Assembly: GCA_027604505.1 (NCBI GenBank)
Contig: JADIIX010000077.1
Span: 62,001 to 105,957 of the forward strand
DNA: 43,957 bases
DNA from: Gonapodya sp. JEL0774
Lineage: Eukaryota
Direction: 5' to 3'
Part shown: positions 26,531 to 38,600 of the stretch, piece by piece
Numbering within the stretch: the first letter of the stretch is position 1
Layout: every line of letters begins with the position of its first letter
The notes under the pieces: generated by a model
The model's database searches: none
What the model saw: only the letters and a program-made list of their open reading frames with translations
Told to the model about the DNA's origin: nothing
Made by a program: the position numbers and the translations under genes

Positions 26531-29494
26531 TCATCCAACTTTCTGTGCATACACTGTCCAGCCCCACGCTACCACACCCACCACAACGCTGGTCAGTCCC
26601 ATGCCAACCGCAACCCTTGTCACCGGAGTATTTGGGATAGGGAAAGTGTAATACGGTGAGCGGCGATCTGAGCCGAACCACCATGCGAGGTACCATTCCG
26701 CGGCGCGTTCGCGTTCGCGGGAGCGCGCGGATCGAACGTTGATGTGGGAGAATTTGCTGCGCCCGCGAGGTACGTTGGCGTCGAGATCTAACTGCTGATA
26801 GTGGTGGTCCAAGTCTGCACAACGCTGAGCATTCGCTGCAGAGCCTCGAGCAGGATCCCACTCCCTCGGCACATCCACCCAGTTCTCCGACGGCGCTCGC
26901 CATGTGAGTATTGCTGACGCACCGCCGACCGTCACTCTCGGCTCTGGTTGGCCCTGAGCAATGCCCGAAAGAACGGAATCGTACCCCCCGCCAGGTCGTG
27001 CATATCGTGTGATGTATTCGGCGGTGTACGCGTCCGTCATAGCAATCACGAATTGTGTGATCCAGTCGGCGGATATGTCGATGCTTGGATCTCGCGATAT
27101 GATTTTGTGAAGCACAGACGGGTCGAAACCGGTGTCCCAACTTTCATCATCTTCTTCTAAGCCAGTTCCCTTGCTTTTAACCACCCCTTTAACAGCTTTC
27201 TCCACCTCCACCTGCCTCGCCACCACCACACCCACCGCTGCCCAAACCAGTCCCACTGCACCTGTACCAGCCAGCAACACATCCCATACCCGCTCCACCC
27301 ACGCTCTGTCAGCCACATCGTGTGCAAATCCGGCAACAAGCCACGGTACACAAGGGTGGAGACCGGGCCACCCCGAATCGCGCGCGTGGTGCAGCAAGGC
27401 GTGGAGGGCGGGTTGAGCAAGGTGGATGCAAGGGAGGAGGAGGTCAAGAATGGCCATGGTGCCTCGGAAGGAGCATAGGGCGTGGTCATAGAAGATTGTA
27501 TCACAGAGCGTGACGAGTACTGCTGACGCAGCGAGCTGCGATTTAGGATACATCAAAATAATGAGGGCGGCAACCGAGTGAAGGCCTTGATAATAGTGGA
27601 GGTGCGGGCGGAGATGTAGAAGGATCCGGAGATGGAGATGGAGAAGGCGGTGGTGTGGTGCTAGCGGTGCGGGTGGGGGGGCTGAAGTTTGGTGGAGCGA
27701 AACAAAGTAGGTGGTGAGCGTTCCGGATGGTGTAACTTACATCGCAAACTTCAGATTCGACGGTCTTTTATTTCTCAACTCACACCACTGAGCGAATCCT
27801 CGTCGTGCGTCGGCAAGAACCTGCGGAGCATCGCGGGTCGGTGGGGGCATGTGAGGGTCTTTGAGCTGGATCGAATGGTGGGAGCCAGCGTTTGTACCAC
27901 CGGCTGAGGATTGCGCAACAGGGTCCAAGTTGGACTCCCAATCTAGATTGTCCAGCTCAGAAGATGTTGTGTAGTGAGAGAGCAGAGTGGAGAGGAGGGG
28001 GTGGTGGAGGGGGTTCAGTCGGTATTGGTCTGACAGATTTGAAGAACACGGTGACGGTTGGTGAACGGGTGAGATCGGTATGGTGGCCGACGGGGATGGT
28101 GAGGGTAGTAGAGCATGAGCTTGGGGATGTGACTGTGAAAGTATGGTCCAGGAGTCAGAGTCCGAAGGTGGGGAAGGTGTATGTGAAGGAGAGGGATCTG
28201 ACTGGGTTGCGGTGGAGGTGGTGTGGTCGTGTGGAAGTTGTAATCGGAGGTTTTGCGCATTGAGGTCCCCATTCTGTACTACAGCAGCACTCACCACCAG
28301 ATCCTGACTCAAATCTGCATCTGGTGGATTTTCCGCTCCTTCCAGAGTTAATTCGTCAACATCTTCCGAAGTCCACGCCTTAATCGTAGTACTTGCGAAT
28401 ATCTGATTATCCTTCGGCGCCTTGTCCGGAGTCTCCATCGAGTCCGTCAAGCTGTATTTCGATTCAGACTTGGCCCTCAATTTATCGATCCCTCGTCCCT
28501 CAAGTTGTCCATCCAGACCTGACTTCGTCTCCATGTCCCCGAACGCAACGACTTCGATAACGCTCAGACCTGAATCCATGCCAAACTCCACCGGCTCAGT
28601 CACCAATTGTGCCATACTCTCCGTGTTCACATCCAAATTAGGTTTCACGAATTCATTACCATCCACATCCGAACCAGTGTGGACATTAAGCTCAACTTCT
28701 TTTCCGTCAAGGTCAATTCTCCTTATGTTTGCACGATGATCGTTGTTAACCACCACGGGTTCCCAAATTCCACAAAGAACCAACCACGCCCTAGCTCGCA
28801 TATCTGAATCCTGAAAGCCACCTGGTTGAAAAGCAATCTTTTGGAGTTGAGCGATATCACGGGCAGTGATGGCAGAGAGAATGTTTCCGCGCACTACTGT
28901 GGAAGTCGGAGTGGCAGCAGGGGAAGGGGGATAGGGTGGTGGGAAGGAAGGGGCTCGGGAAGAAGGAGAAGATAAGACAGAGGGGAGAGACGTGAGGGCC
29001 GTAGAAACGGAAGACGAGAGGGTGAAGAGAGCGGACCAGAGAGAGGGCAGAGCGGATAGGTTGTTGGTGAGAATCGGAGGGACCGCGGTTACCGAGGGGA
29101 TTGAGGGGAGGGCAATACGGGAGGATAGAGACGATAAAGAGGAAAGAGAGGAGGAGAGAACAGACGCGCTGCGCGCGGAGGGAGAAGTGATGGAGCTAGC
29201 AGAAGCGGGTGATACTGTTGTCCCGGTTGCGGTCGTGTTCGTTGCCAATGCCGGGACCGCATGACGCTGTCTGTGCCGGTGTCGTAATGGTCCTACCGAC
29301 GCATGCGGCTGCATATGCGGTGTAGAGTTTGTTGACATGTCGGCAGCGATTCTGCCATGCGTGGCATCATCTCCATCAGCTCCCACACGGGCACCTTCCC
29401 CTCCACTCGACCCATTCTCCTCATCTGTCCATTCCGCTTCCCGTGCCTGCTCCATTTCTCGTTCGATCTCTTCTGCTTGGCTCGTCTCCATCAT
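26531..29494 (-). CDS. TBC1D20/Gyp8-like Rab GTPase-activating protein with a C-terminal TM anchor; exons 29494-27784, 27681-26531
   Basis: Motifs: LQKIAFQPGGF.DSDMRARAWLVLCG, QVLADARRG (Arg finger), LHYYQGLHSV (Gln finger), PWLVAGFAHDV, RVWDVLL, and a hydrophobic C-terminus. The single GT-AG intron is phase 1. Confidence 0.88.
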
Positions 29495-30399
29495 GAAATT
29501 GTTTCCGCCCCCTGCTCCAGAATGGCGGCCAAATGATTCAAGGAAAGCAATCTGGAAGCGGAAAGGCTATGGTTTCGATAAAACCTGCCTGTTCCGGAAG
29601 AGAGATGCTCGAAGGTGCTTGAATGGGCAGTCCCTATTCATTGTAAAACTGGGCCATCATCATCCCACTGCATGTTAATTATGTTGCCGTACCACCACGC
29701 AATCGCAACCACCCGCAAGACACAATACAACTGAGGTTAGACATGCAATACACAATTTCTTCCTTCCACAAATGTTTTCGCGTGCAATCGATTGTTCACC
29801 TGCAATAAATAATGCACGTAGAATTACCAAGATGGTTATAACAGCGGGAGATCATGTCACTGAGAGAGCTGAAGGGGACATTCATCCAATCCAAGAATAT
29901 GAATTAAGTCTTGCTATAAATGGTGAGCGGAGAGCCCGCGGAAAGGTAGAATGTAACACGAACCCCCGAGGGAACGAAACTGAGCCGAGCTTCACCTTGA
30001 AGCACCATTCCACTCACTGTGTTCCATTGTCTGGAAGCTTGCTCCTAGATCATACCGTATGCACACGAACGCTGCAGTGTGTACCCACATTCCGTCCACA
30101 TTTCCAGACAGGACTCTCCGAATCATCGAAACAATTACCTCTTGATCACTCACTTGAGCCTGCCACAGGGATATATGACGTTTCTGTTACTGGCAACGCA
30201 GTCTATAGCTGCTGGAACTTTGCCTGTTAGCCGGCTTCGGACCATGCTCCGTGCAGGATTCTGCATATGCCCGCATGAGGAGATTCCGGACATGCCGATG
30301 TCAAGTGAAGCGGAAGGCCAGCACTTTTGGATCCAGTTTGCGAGGGATCGCAGAGCCACCGAGAGCAGGAGCAAGTCATTTTGATCCTGGGCCCCAGAT

Positions 30400-30472
30400 G
30401 TGGTGCTTGTCTGTGTATGTCCTCAGCCAGGCTCATGTCCTTGGGTTGATCCCAGCTCTCGCAGTTCTCACG
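30400..30472 (+). promoter_or_regulatory. Conserved non-coding element upstream of TF paralog 2
   Basis: GTGGTGCTTGTCTGTGTATGTCCTCAGCCAGG...GTCCTTGGGTTGATCCCA...CTCACG is homologous to the elements of paralogs 1 and 3. Confidence 0.55.
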
Positions 30473-31602
30473 CAATCCCTTGCATTTCTTGGCACATCAC
30501 CATGTGCGACAGCAATGGTTCCATGGGTGGCTGTGGTTAATTCAGACTATGGTCGGCTCGATCGTCAGATAACTACTCCAGGGTGAAGGAGTAGGTCCCT
30601 CGAGTCCGGTGAGCTCTTCCGTATCTTCTGTAATCTGTGGAACATTGGATTGACTGCTTTTTCTCTTCTTCAGTGAATTGAAGCCCGAAGGCTTGGGAAA
30701 ATGGGAATCGTTGAAGTTTGATTGGTGCCTAGAGTGCAGATGCACGCGGGTGTCTGGAATCCTGTTCCCCACAGTCCACGGAGGAGCAAAATCCTTCCAT
30801 TCATCGTCTTCATCATATAGTCAATGGTGGACCTGCTCCAAGCCGCTTGACATCCAAAACGTCTCGGCACTACAGAGTACTGGGTTGTGACCCGCACAAG
30901 TCGCGGTGATCTGAGCTTTGACAGTGAACATTGAAGATCCCGATTTTTCACGCATATCACATCTCAGCTCACATTGAATGGGCTCACATGATTGCCACCG
31001 AAGCAATACCCTGGGTACGTGAGTGCTCATCTATCCAGATGGACTTGAACTGGAGCGACATATTGACTTGAATCTGACTTCCCCAGCAACAAGATAAGCG
31101 GTTCGGTTGCAGCTACTTGCGGAAACAGTAGAATGGTCAAAGCACATAGTTGCGTGATGTCGATAATGTACCTTCCAAGGTCCTGCTGCTCCGTCGGGAA
31201 TGAATGTCTTCATTGTCGACGTAGAACACAAATTATCATCAACAAATTGTCATCTTTGAGATCTTTGCATCGGATATAGATGTCTTCGAGCACCTTAGTT
31301 ACCATGCTCGGTAAATCTGACGTGCTTCCTGCTGCCGAATGTCACTGCTGATCCAGTTGTAAGTCCCCGTTCCTGACGCCCTATACCACTACACATTGAG
31401 GAATTGTCTAAGTGTCGGCTGTGGTGGAAGGGTCCAGTCGGTTTTGGGTTTTGTCGGGTTGCTCCAGGCAGGCTTGACCTGAAACAAGGAAAATTTGGAA
31501 CCTTCCGGCGGCGGCACCTGAGTGAGTGGGGCAAAATATACCCTAAAAACAAAGTGTTGAGATTGATTTGATTGTGCGATTAGAATCGACTCTCAGCGGG
31601 AA

Positions 31603-33710
31603 ATGGACGATGCAGTTGGGTGAGGATCTTGCTCTCACTTTCTCTTGCTATATGCGTTCTATTTCACTACTTCTCGCTCCGGAAGTGTTACTGATCTGCC
31701 AAAGGGTGATGTGGGCTCTGCTTCGATCGAATCAAATCTTGAAGTTGGCAGAATTCCAGCATCTTCCCAAGCACTTGTTCCTGGGTCGGATCAGAAGACT
31801 TCCATAATGTCATCCATAAAACCGACCAGTGATCTTAAACTACAGTTACCCCCTGTGTTGGTGACAAACACTGTTCATGGGACACCGATTTTATCAGGAT
31901 ATCTCCCTGACGCGTCCCAAGGAGCAGTCTCACACCGCGTGAGGACGCCATACCAACGATCCCCATCTTCACCTTTCCTTACTGCACAGCAATATGCCAG
32001 TGAAAGTTCCACGGGCACTCTTCTCCAAAATGCCTTCAATCCCGCTGGAAATTCGCCATTTCGTTGGGGATACTTCCCCGAGCATCCCCCGTGGGGAACC
32101 TCCTTGGGACAGACAGTGTATTCGTCACACCAGATTGACTTGCCCAGTCCGGACGCCTTGACGGCTTTGCTTTCGGCTTACTTTGTTTTCGTGGCACCAC
32201 ACATACCTTTCATTCATCCACCCTCCTTCCTCGCACATGCTTTGAAGAACCGCGCCACCATGGCATTTCTCCTCTATACAATGCTGACTCTCGCTGCACC
32301 TTTTCTCACGGAAACTAATCTCCCATCTCAAAACCCGAACGAGGACCTGTCACAATTTGACCGCCACTTTTTCCTCACCCGTGCCCGACAAATGGTATTG
32401 TCAGTCCTGGAGTCTCCCACGCCAAATATCCAGCACGTTTGGGGTCTCGCTCACCTTGCCCTCGCCAGCATCACAGAGAGCGAACCCAACTTGCAAGCCG
32501 GGTACTCATACCTTGGTTCTGCGTTTCTGCTTGCAAAGCAGCTCCACCTCGACATTGAAACTGCAAACCCGCAGCCTCCACTTACACCTGCATGGGTTGA
32601 AGAAGAGCAGAATCGGCGCACGTACCTGGTCCTCTGGCACCTCGATCGGCTCATCGCTGGCATCACCCGTCGCTCCCCAATGCTCGACGTCTCTCCCGTT
32701 TCTGCTCTACGTGCTCCAATCCCCGACCGTGACTGGATCCCAGAAGCCTTCCAAGGCAAACCGCGTGAATATCCGGGCACCAGCGAGATGCAGCATCTGC
32801 TCGACATCACGACCATGTTTGCGAGCCAGGAGCAGCGGATCGAGATGGTGCGGATGAGTCTAGGAAATGATCGCGGCGAGATTGAGGAAACGTGGCGATG
32901 GAAAGTGTCTGAGTGTCAAAAGTTGCGTAAATACCGGGAGTGTGAGTGAAGAAGACCGGTATTCGTTTGACGTTTTGTTGGTGTAACTCATCAAGGAGAA
33001 GGCTGCGCATCATCAACCAATACACCCTTTGATCAGCAAATCCCCACCTATTCCCTTCTGCTCTCTGGAGAGATTCTGTAATCTCGAGATCTGCTGTGTC
33101 TCCGCCGGATAATCTGTACGAGTACGCTGGGCGCTCCCTGAGCGTTGCTCTCTCCTTCTACGCCCTAATGCAACATATGTTGCCTTTGAATGACGCCGAG
33201 CAAAGATTTCAAAATGCCCGAGATGCATTGGAGTTGATGTGAGTTTTGTGTATCACCCGTTTACCGTTTTCATATTCGAACTCTTGTCCAAGAGCGAATC
33301 CTACTTGCTTCCTCGCCCATGATATATCCCGACGAAATATGCAATAGACGCTTCTGCCTCAATATTTCAAAACATTTTGATATGAGCTGGGCGGATATCG
33401 GATGCCCTCTGGCCGGTTTCTCTGTGTTTTCTGTTGCCCAAGAGCTTCTCCAAAATTCAGGTGAGGACAGGAAGGCAGCTTTGGATCTCGTGTATGCAGC
33501 AATTGAGGTGTTAGATGGGTGAGTTGAGGTTCTTGGCGATCGAGACACTGAGATTTCAGGATTGTATTTGAAGTGGGCATTCGTTCATATCTGAAACGTG
33601 ACTTGTGACTTTTCATTACATTTTGGAGATTCGGCAAACGGTGGCCCTACTCTTCGAAGCTAGCGAGACTACTCCACCAGAGCTTGTCCGTGTCCTTGAC
33701 AGCAAAGTGA
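31603..33710 (+). CDS. Fungal_trans-like protein, paralog 2, about 575 aa; exons 31603-31619, 31686-32941, 33037-33238, 33348-33518, 33629-33710
   Basis: Same motifs as paralog 1 (LPSPDAL...YFVFVAPHIPFIHPPSF...EEEQNRRTYLVLWHLDR...WADIGCPLAGFS...FGKRWPY). The exon sum of 1728 nt is in frame. Confidence 0.85.
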
Positions 33711-33955
33711 CAGCCAAACCAATGTACTACAGCAAGCTCAACGTTCCATTGTTTGATCGCCGTAACACCACATGAGCCAAAGGTTCCCACACAAAGAAAG
33801 TTGTGTCATAATCCACGGAAATGTCTAGTACAGTATTTCGTGCATTCACTATATAAGAATGATATCTTTTCGTCAAACTACATGCGTACATGAGAAAGAT
33901 TCATCATTGTGGTAGAACTGTTCGGAATTATCGAATTATTTTAGTGATCAACCTG

Positions 33956-34117
33956 CGCTCACACCCGTTCTGCGGAATCCGGAAGCGGGGGGTGCCCGTT
34001 TGCGCCAAAAACTCTCACACAGACTTCACTGTGGTTGCCCCGCTTCCTGGTGTACTCACAGAAAGAAGGGAAACTATTGAGGTTGGACGTGGCCGAAAAT
34101 CTCGGCAAGGGCGAGCG
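33956..34117. other. Candidate multi-stem structured element (possible ncRNA)
   Basis: Nested complementary segments, including a perfect 10-bp stem GGAAGCGGGG/CCCCGCTTCC. No known family recognised. Confidence 0.3.
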
Positions 34118-34798
34118 TGCAATGGTAGGTAACACAGAATCGAGCAATATCGGATGAGTTAAACAAAAAGGTTCAAAACACGATACTACCCGGGAATTTC
34201 TTATCCTTCGGTTGTAGAACAACATCAAACAGATCAAAATGGGGGACTCATCAAGTTGCATCGTACATTTATCTCTGCAATTGAATCCCCGATGTTCGAG
34301 AATCGGAAGCGACGAAAGAAAATCAGCAGGGGAAAGGTACCAAAAGGGAAATGATACCCCCTTTTATCACATCATGGAGTGAAAGGCCGTTTGGTACGCT
34401 GACCCCCAATCCGTGTTCGCGAATTCGGGAGAGTCCTCATTTGGAAGGACGAAGATGAACAAAATCTCTCTGTGAGAAGAGGAATTTTTTAAAATACAGA
34501 GACTCGCCGAGAACATTTGTTGATACAAAACGAACCATGTCGCTTGTGTTGATGTAGGTAGTGGCGGTAAACGCGAAAAATTGACTTTGTCGAATTCATA
34601 CTTAATTTAGAGCGCTCAGTTGAGTTTCGAGTGGTGTGTAAGAGGAATAAAGAGGAAAGAGGGGGTAGAACGGATCGCCTGACGCGAGATCTGTAGGGAA
34701 GATACGTTTTCACGCACATCCACCTAAATTCTTACTTACCTATGCTTTCACTGACTGAGGATTGACAGAATGGAGGTATTCAGTTATAGCCTTTGAGA

Positions 34799-34876
34799 GT
34801 GGTGCCTGTGTGTCCTCAGCTATCCTAACTCGTCCTTGGGTCCGTCCGATTTGCCTGGATCCCACATGTTCACACG
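34799..34876 (+). promoter_or_regulatory. Conserved non-coding element upstream of TF paralog 3
   Basis: GTGGTGCCTGTGTGTCCTCAGCTATCCTAACTCGTCCTTGGGTCC...GATCCCACATGTTCACACG. Confidence 0.6.
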
Positions 34877-35985
34877 CTATCCGTCTAGGATTCTCGCGCT
34901 TTCTCCCTGCGACAGCAAGGATGGCGGTGTGGTTTGTTTTAGAAAGTCCTTACTGAAAACCGGGTCGTCCTACAAAGTGGAAGTTAGCAAACGAAATTTT
35001 TAGTTTTGATAACCACCACATCGGTTCGAGCTCACCAAGCAGAGTGTTGGTATCGAGACTATGATAGGGTGCATGTTGGATTGGATTCGGCGTAAGATGC
35101 CGTTGTTGGTGTGAAGGACATTGGCAATTTTCACGGTCGACTCATTTTTTTCACTAAACAAACGACTGTCACCATATTGAAAGGTGGAAGGAAGCAAAAC
35201 TCTTCATCGACCAAGATTTCAGCACGATGTCTTTTGGAATACAACCAGTTGCACCCAGAGTAGTACACAACCGGATTTCAAAGATGTGCAGATCACATTC
35301 CAGCGAAAGAATAATGCGCGGTTGGGAATGATTGGAGCTCAGATAGATTTTCTTCCCAGTTTCCTTCCCTGCAGGTTTACAATGGGCGAACATCGTTTCA
35401 CCGCCACAGCCTTGAGATTGATCGACAAATATCAAAGTCACCGAAACTTGGATCACAAATAAGGCTTATTTGCGAATGACATGGAAGGTCCGCGAAGCAC
35501 GAAGAACGTGTGCAAGTTGGAGAACAGTAGAAGGCACTTGGTTAAGCCTGATGTACCCTTCCCATCCTCGTTCCCAAGCCACTATATGACTTCATTGTCG
35601 AATAGACAGACCTTTGCATACTGTGACCAGAGAACAGCAGTCTGCCGATCTTGCGTTGGATACTTCGAGAAAAAGCTGTGCAAATTCCTTGAATCGAACA
35701 TAACTCCACTCTGCCCACTTCCACAGCTCCGCCAGACGTTAGCCCTATTCTGGATGCCTTCCGCGAGCCCACATCGAGGAACTTTCGAAGTTCACGCCAG
35801 GAGATGTATCTGGTCAGGGTCTGAACCATTTTGGCGTGTGCTGGGCTGTGGGGACTGACCAAAAACAAACAGCCGCGTTTCTTTCTTTAAAACAAGAAAC
35901 TGAATTTTGCCCAAAGTTTCGACATTCGAGGTCGTGCACCTGGCTTGGCACAGTACAAGTCTGAACGTTTTCACGGTGGAAAATA

Positions 35986-38600
35986 ATGGATGGGTTGTGA
36001 GGAAGAAATCTGTTCTCCCACTTCCAATACACCACTTTCACTTCACGATTTCTCACTCTAGTACTTATGTTGAATCGGCAGCACAAGGTCATGTAGGGTC
36101 TACCGCGATCGAATCGAATCTAACGGTACCCGCGACCGCAAGCTCTGGATCGGATCAGAACCAGCCTCCCGTATTACCTGCAAGGAAATCAACCAATGCT
36201 CTCAGGCTACAAATTCCAACTGAATCGGCGACCAGCGTTGGTGGGATGCCGATTTCGTGGGGACTTCTCCCTTACGCATCCCAGGGACCAGCAACGACGC
36301 TGCTAGGACAGCAAACACCATCTCCGCCTTTCTCCAATACCCAGCAACGTGTCGGTGAAAGTCCTACAGGCAATCGTCTCCAAAACATCTTTAATCCCGC
36401 TGGAGATTCGCCATTTGGTGTGGGATACTTGCCCGAGTTTTCACGAACATCCCTGGCACAGACAGCGCATTCTTCAGATCAGATTGACTTGCCCAGTCCG
36501 GACGCCTTGACGGCTTTGCTCCCGGCTTACTTTGTTTACGTTGCACCACACATACCTTTCATTCATCCACCCTCATTCCTCGCACACGCTCTCAACAACC
36601 GCGCCACCATGACCTTTCTCCTCTACACTATGCTGACGCTCGCGGCGCCTTTTCTCACGAAAACTCATCTCCCACCTCAAAACTCGAAAGAGGACTCCTT
36701 AGCATTTGACCGCCACTTTTTCCTCACCCGTGCCCGACAAATGGTATTGTCAGTCCTGGAGTCTCCCACGCCCAATATCCAGCACGTTTGGGGTTTAGCT
36801 CATCTTGCCCTTGCAAGCATCACAGAGAGCGAGCCCAACATGCAAGCCGCCAACGCATACGTCGGCTCGGCTTTTGTGCTCGCTAAGCAGCTCCACCTCG
36901 ACGTTGAGGCGGCCATCCCGCAACCACCACAAACACCTGCATGGGTTGAAGAAGAGCAGAATCGGCGCACGTACTTGGGTCTCTGGCACCTCGATCGGCT
37001 CATCGCTGGCATCACCCGTCGCTCCCCGATGCTCGACGTCTCTCCCGTTTCTGCTCTACGTGCTCCAATCCCCGACCGTGACTGGATCCCAGAAGCCTTT
37101 GAAGGCAAACCCCGTGACTATCCGGGCACCAGCGAGGTGCAGCATCTGCTCGACATCACGACCATGTTTGCGAACCAGGAGCAGCGGATCGAGACAATAC
37201 GAGCAAGCTTGGGGAACGATCGCGGCGAGATTGAGGAAACGTGGCGGTGGAAAGTATCCGAGTGTCAAAAGTTGCGAAGATACCGGGAGTGTGAGTGAAG
37301 AAGAGGATAGTCCTTCTCAATCTTTTGTTGTTGTGCAGTCGACAAGCCCAATTGGGCGCCCTTCATCCGACCGCCCCGCCCCACCCCACCCTTCCAAAAA
37401 AAACCCACCGCATACCCCCATTCGCCAGCAAACCCCCACCTGTTTCCCACCACGCTCCAGCAATACTCTCCAATCTCGGGCACTCCTTCAGTTCCAGTTC
37501 CACTGGACCAGGTGTATAAGTACGGCGGGCGCACGCTGAGCCTCGGGCTCTCGTTCCACGTCCTGATGCAGCGCATGATACCCATGCACGACACCGAGCA
37601 GAGGTTTCACAACGCACGTGTGGCGTTGGAGTTGGTGTGAGTATGCGCGGGTGTGTGCCAAGACGGGGCGACCCCACGCTTTTTGTGCCGGCCACCGGAA
37701 CTGATCCTTCCCCAATTGGAATCTCTGCACATAACCACCTGACCGCGCCTCTTCCCTACCCCTACCTACCCCCCCCCCCCGCACGCGCCCCGCCCCCCCG
37801 CGGGGGGGGGGGGGGCGGCGCGGGGCCGGGCCGAGCGCCCCAACACCCCCCCCCCGCCCACCACCCCCACCACCACTCCCCCATCTCCTGCCCTTTGCCA
37901 CCGCTCCACCCCACCTGCACATCTGGGGTCCCGTTCCTTTCCCTTTCCCTTTCCCCCAGCCGCTACTGCCTGACCACCTCGAAACACGTCGGCGCCACCT
38001 GGGTCGACCTCGGGTGTCCTCTCGCAGGCTACTCTGTGTTTTCCCTGGCGCACGCGCTGATGATGAATGCGGGAGAGGAGAAGGCCGCGGCGGTGGATCT
38101 GGTGTACGCGACGGTGGAGGTGTTGGACGGGTGAGTTGCGTCGGGCAGGGAATGGATGTTTCTTTCTTTCTTTCTTTCTTTCTTTTTATTTTGGGGGGGG
38201 AAGGGGCGGGGGGTCGGTCTTCGTTGTTTGTTGGGCTCGTTCTTCTTCTGTTCCTTGCGTCTGCGCCTGCTTTTATAAACGGAACAGGCGAAGTCTTTTG
38301 CTACTTTTAAATTCCCTTCCATTTTACCTTCTTTTCGATAAACAAATCTCTTTCCTCTTGCCTTTTCTCCAACTCCGTCATCTTCATTGTGGCGCCTGTG
38401 TATCCCCTTCCCAAACCTTTTCCGATCTCCGATCTATTCCCAACCCACCTCACTCTTCCCTCTCTCGCGACCTCCCTCCACCACATTCGTCCCCTTCCCT
38501 CCACCTCCCCCGCCTTAGCTTCGGCACCCGCTGGCCCTACGCCTCCACCCTCGCCCAGACCCTCCACCGCGCCTTGTCCTCCTTCATCGCCACCCCATGA
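35986..38600 (+). CDS. Fungal_trans-like protein, paralog 3, about 566 aa; exons 35986-35996, 36062-37290, 37429-37636, 37960-38130, 38519-38600
   Basis: The core is nearly identical to paralog 2. The 3' exons (YGGRTLSLGLSFHVLMQRMIP, WVDLGCPLAGYS, FGTRWPYAS) sit at homologous splice positions. The exon sum of 1701 nt is in frame. Confidence 0.85.

Noticed and set aside
29772..31552. Short ORFs upstream of TF paralog 2, including a minus-strand CRRRKV motif
   Set aside because: There are no coherent splice models or domains, and the Zn-cluster-like word is on the wrong strand and lacks the other Cys.
34130..34255. RNase P/MRP-like fragments (ACAGAATCGAGC; minus-strand GAGTCCCCC)
   Set aside because: No complementary P4 partner or full set of conserved regions was found.
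35290..35312. TPP-riboswitch-like CCAGCGAAAG (and GAACTTGATC at about 22250)
   Set aside because: The CTGAGA, P4/P5 and flanking elements are not present together in the right order and spacing.
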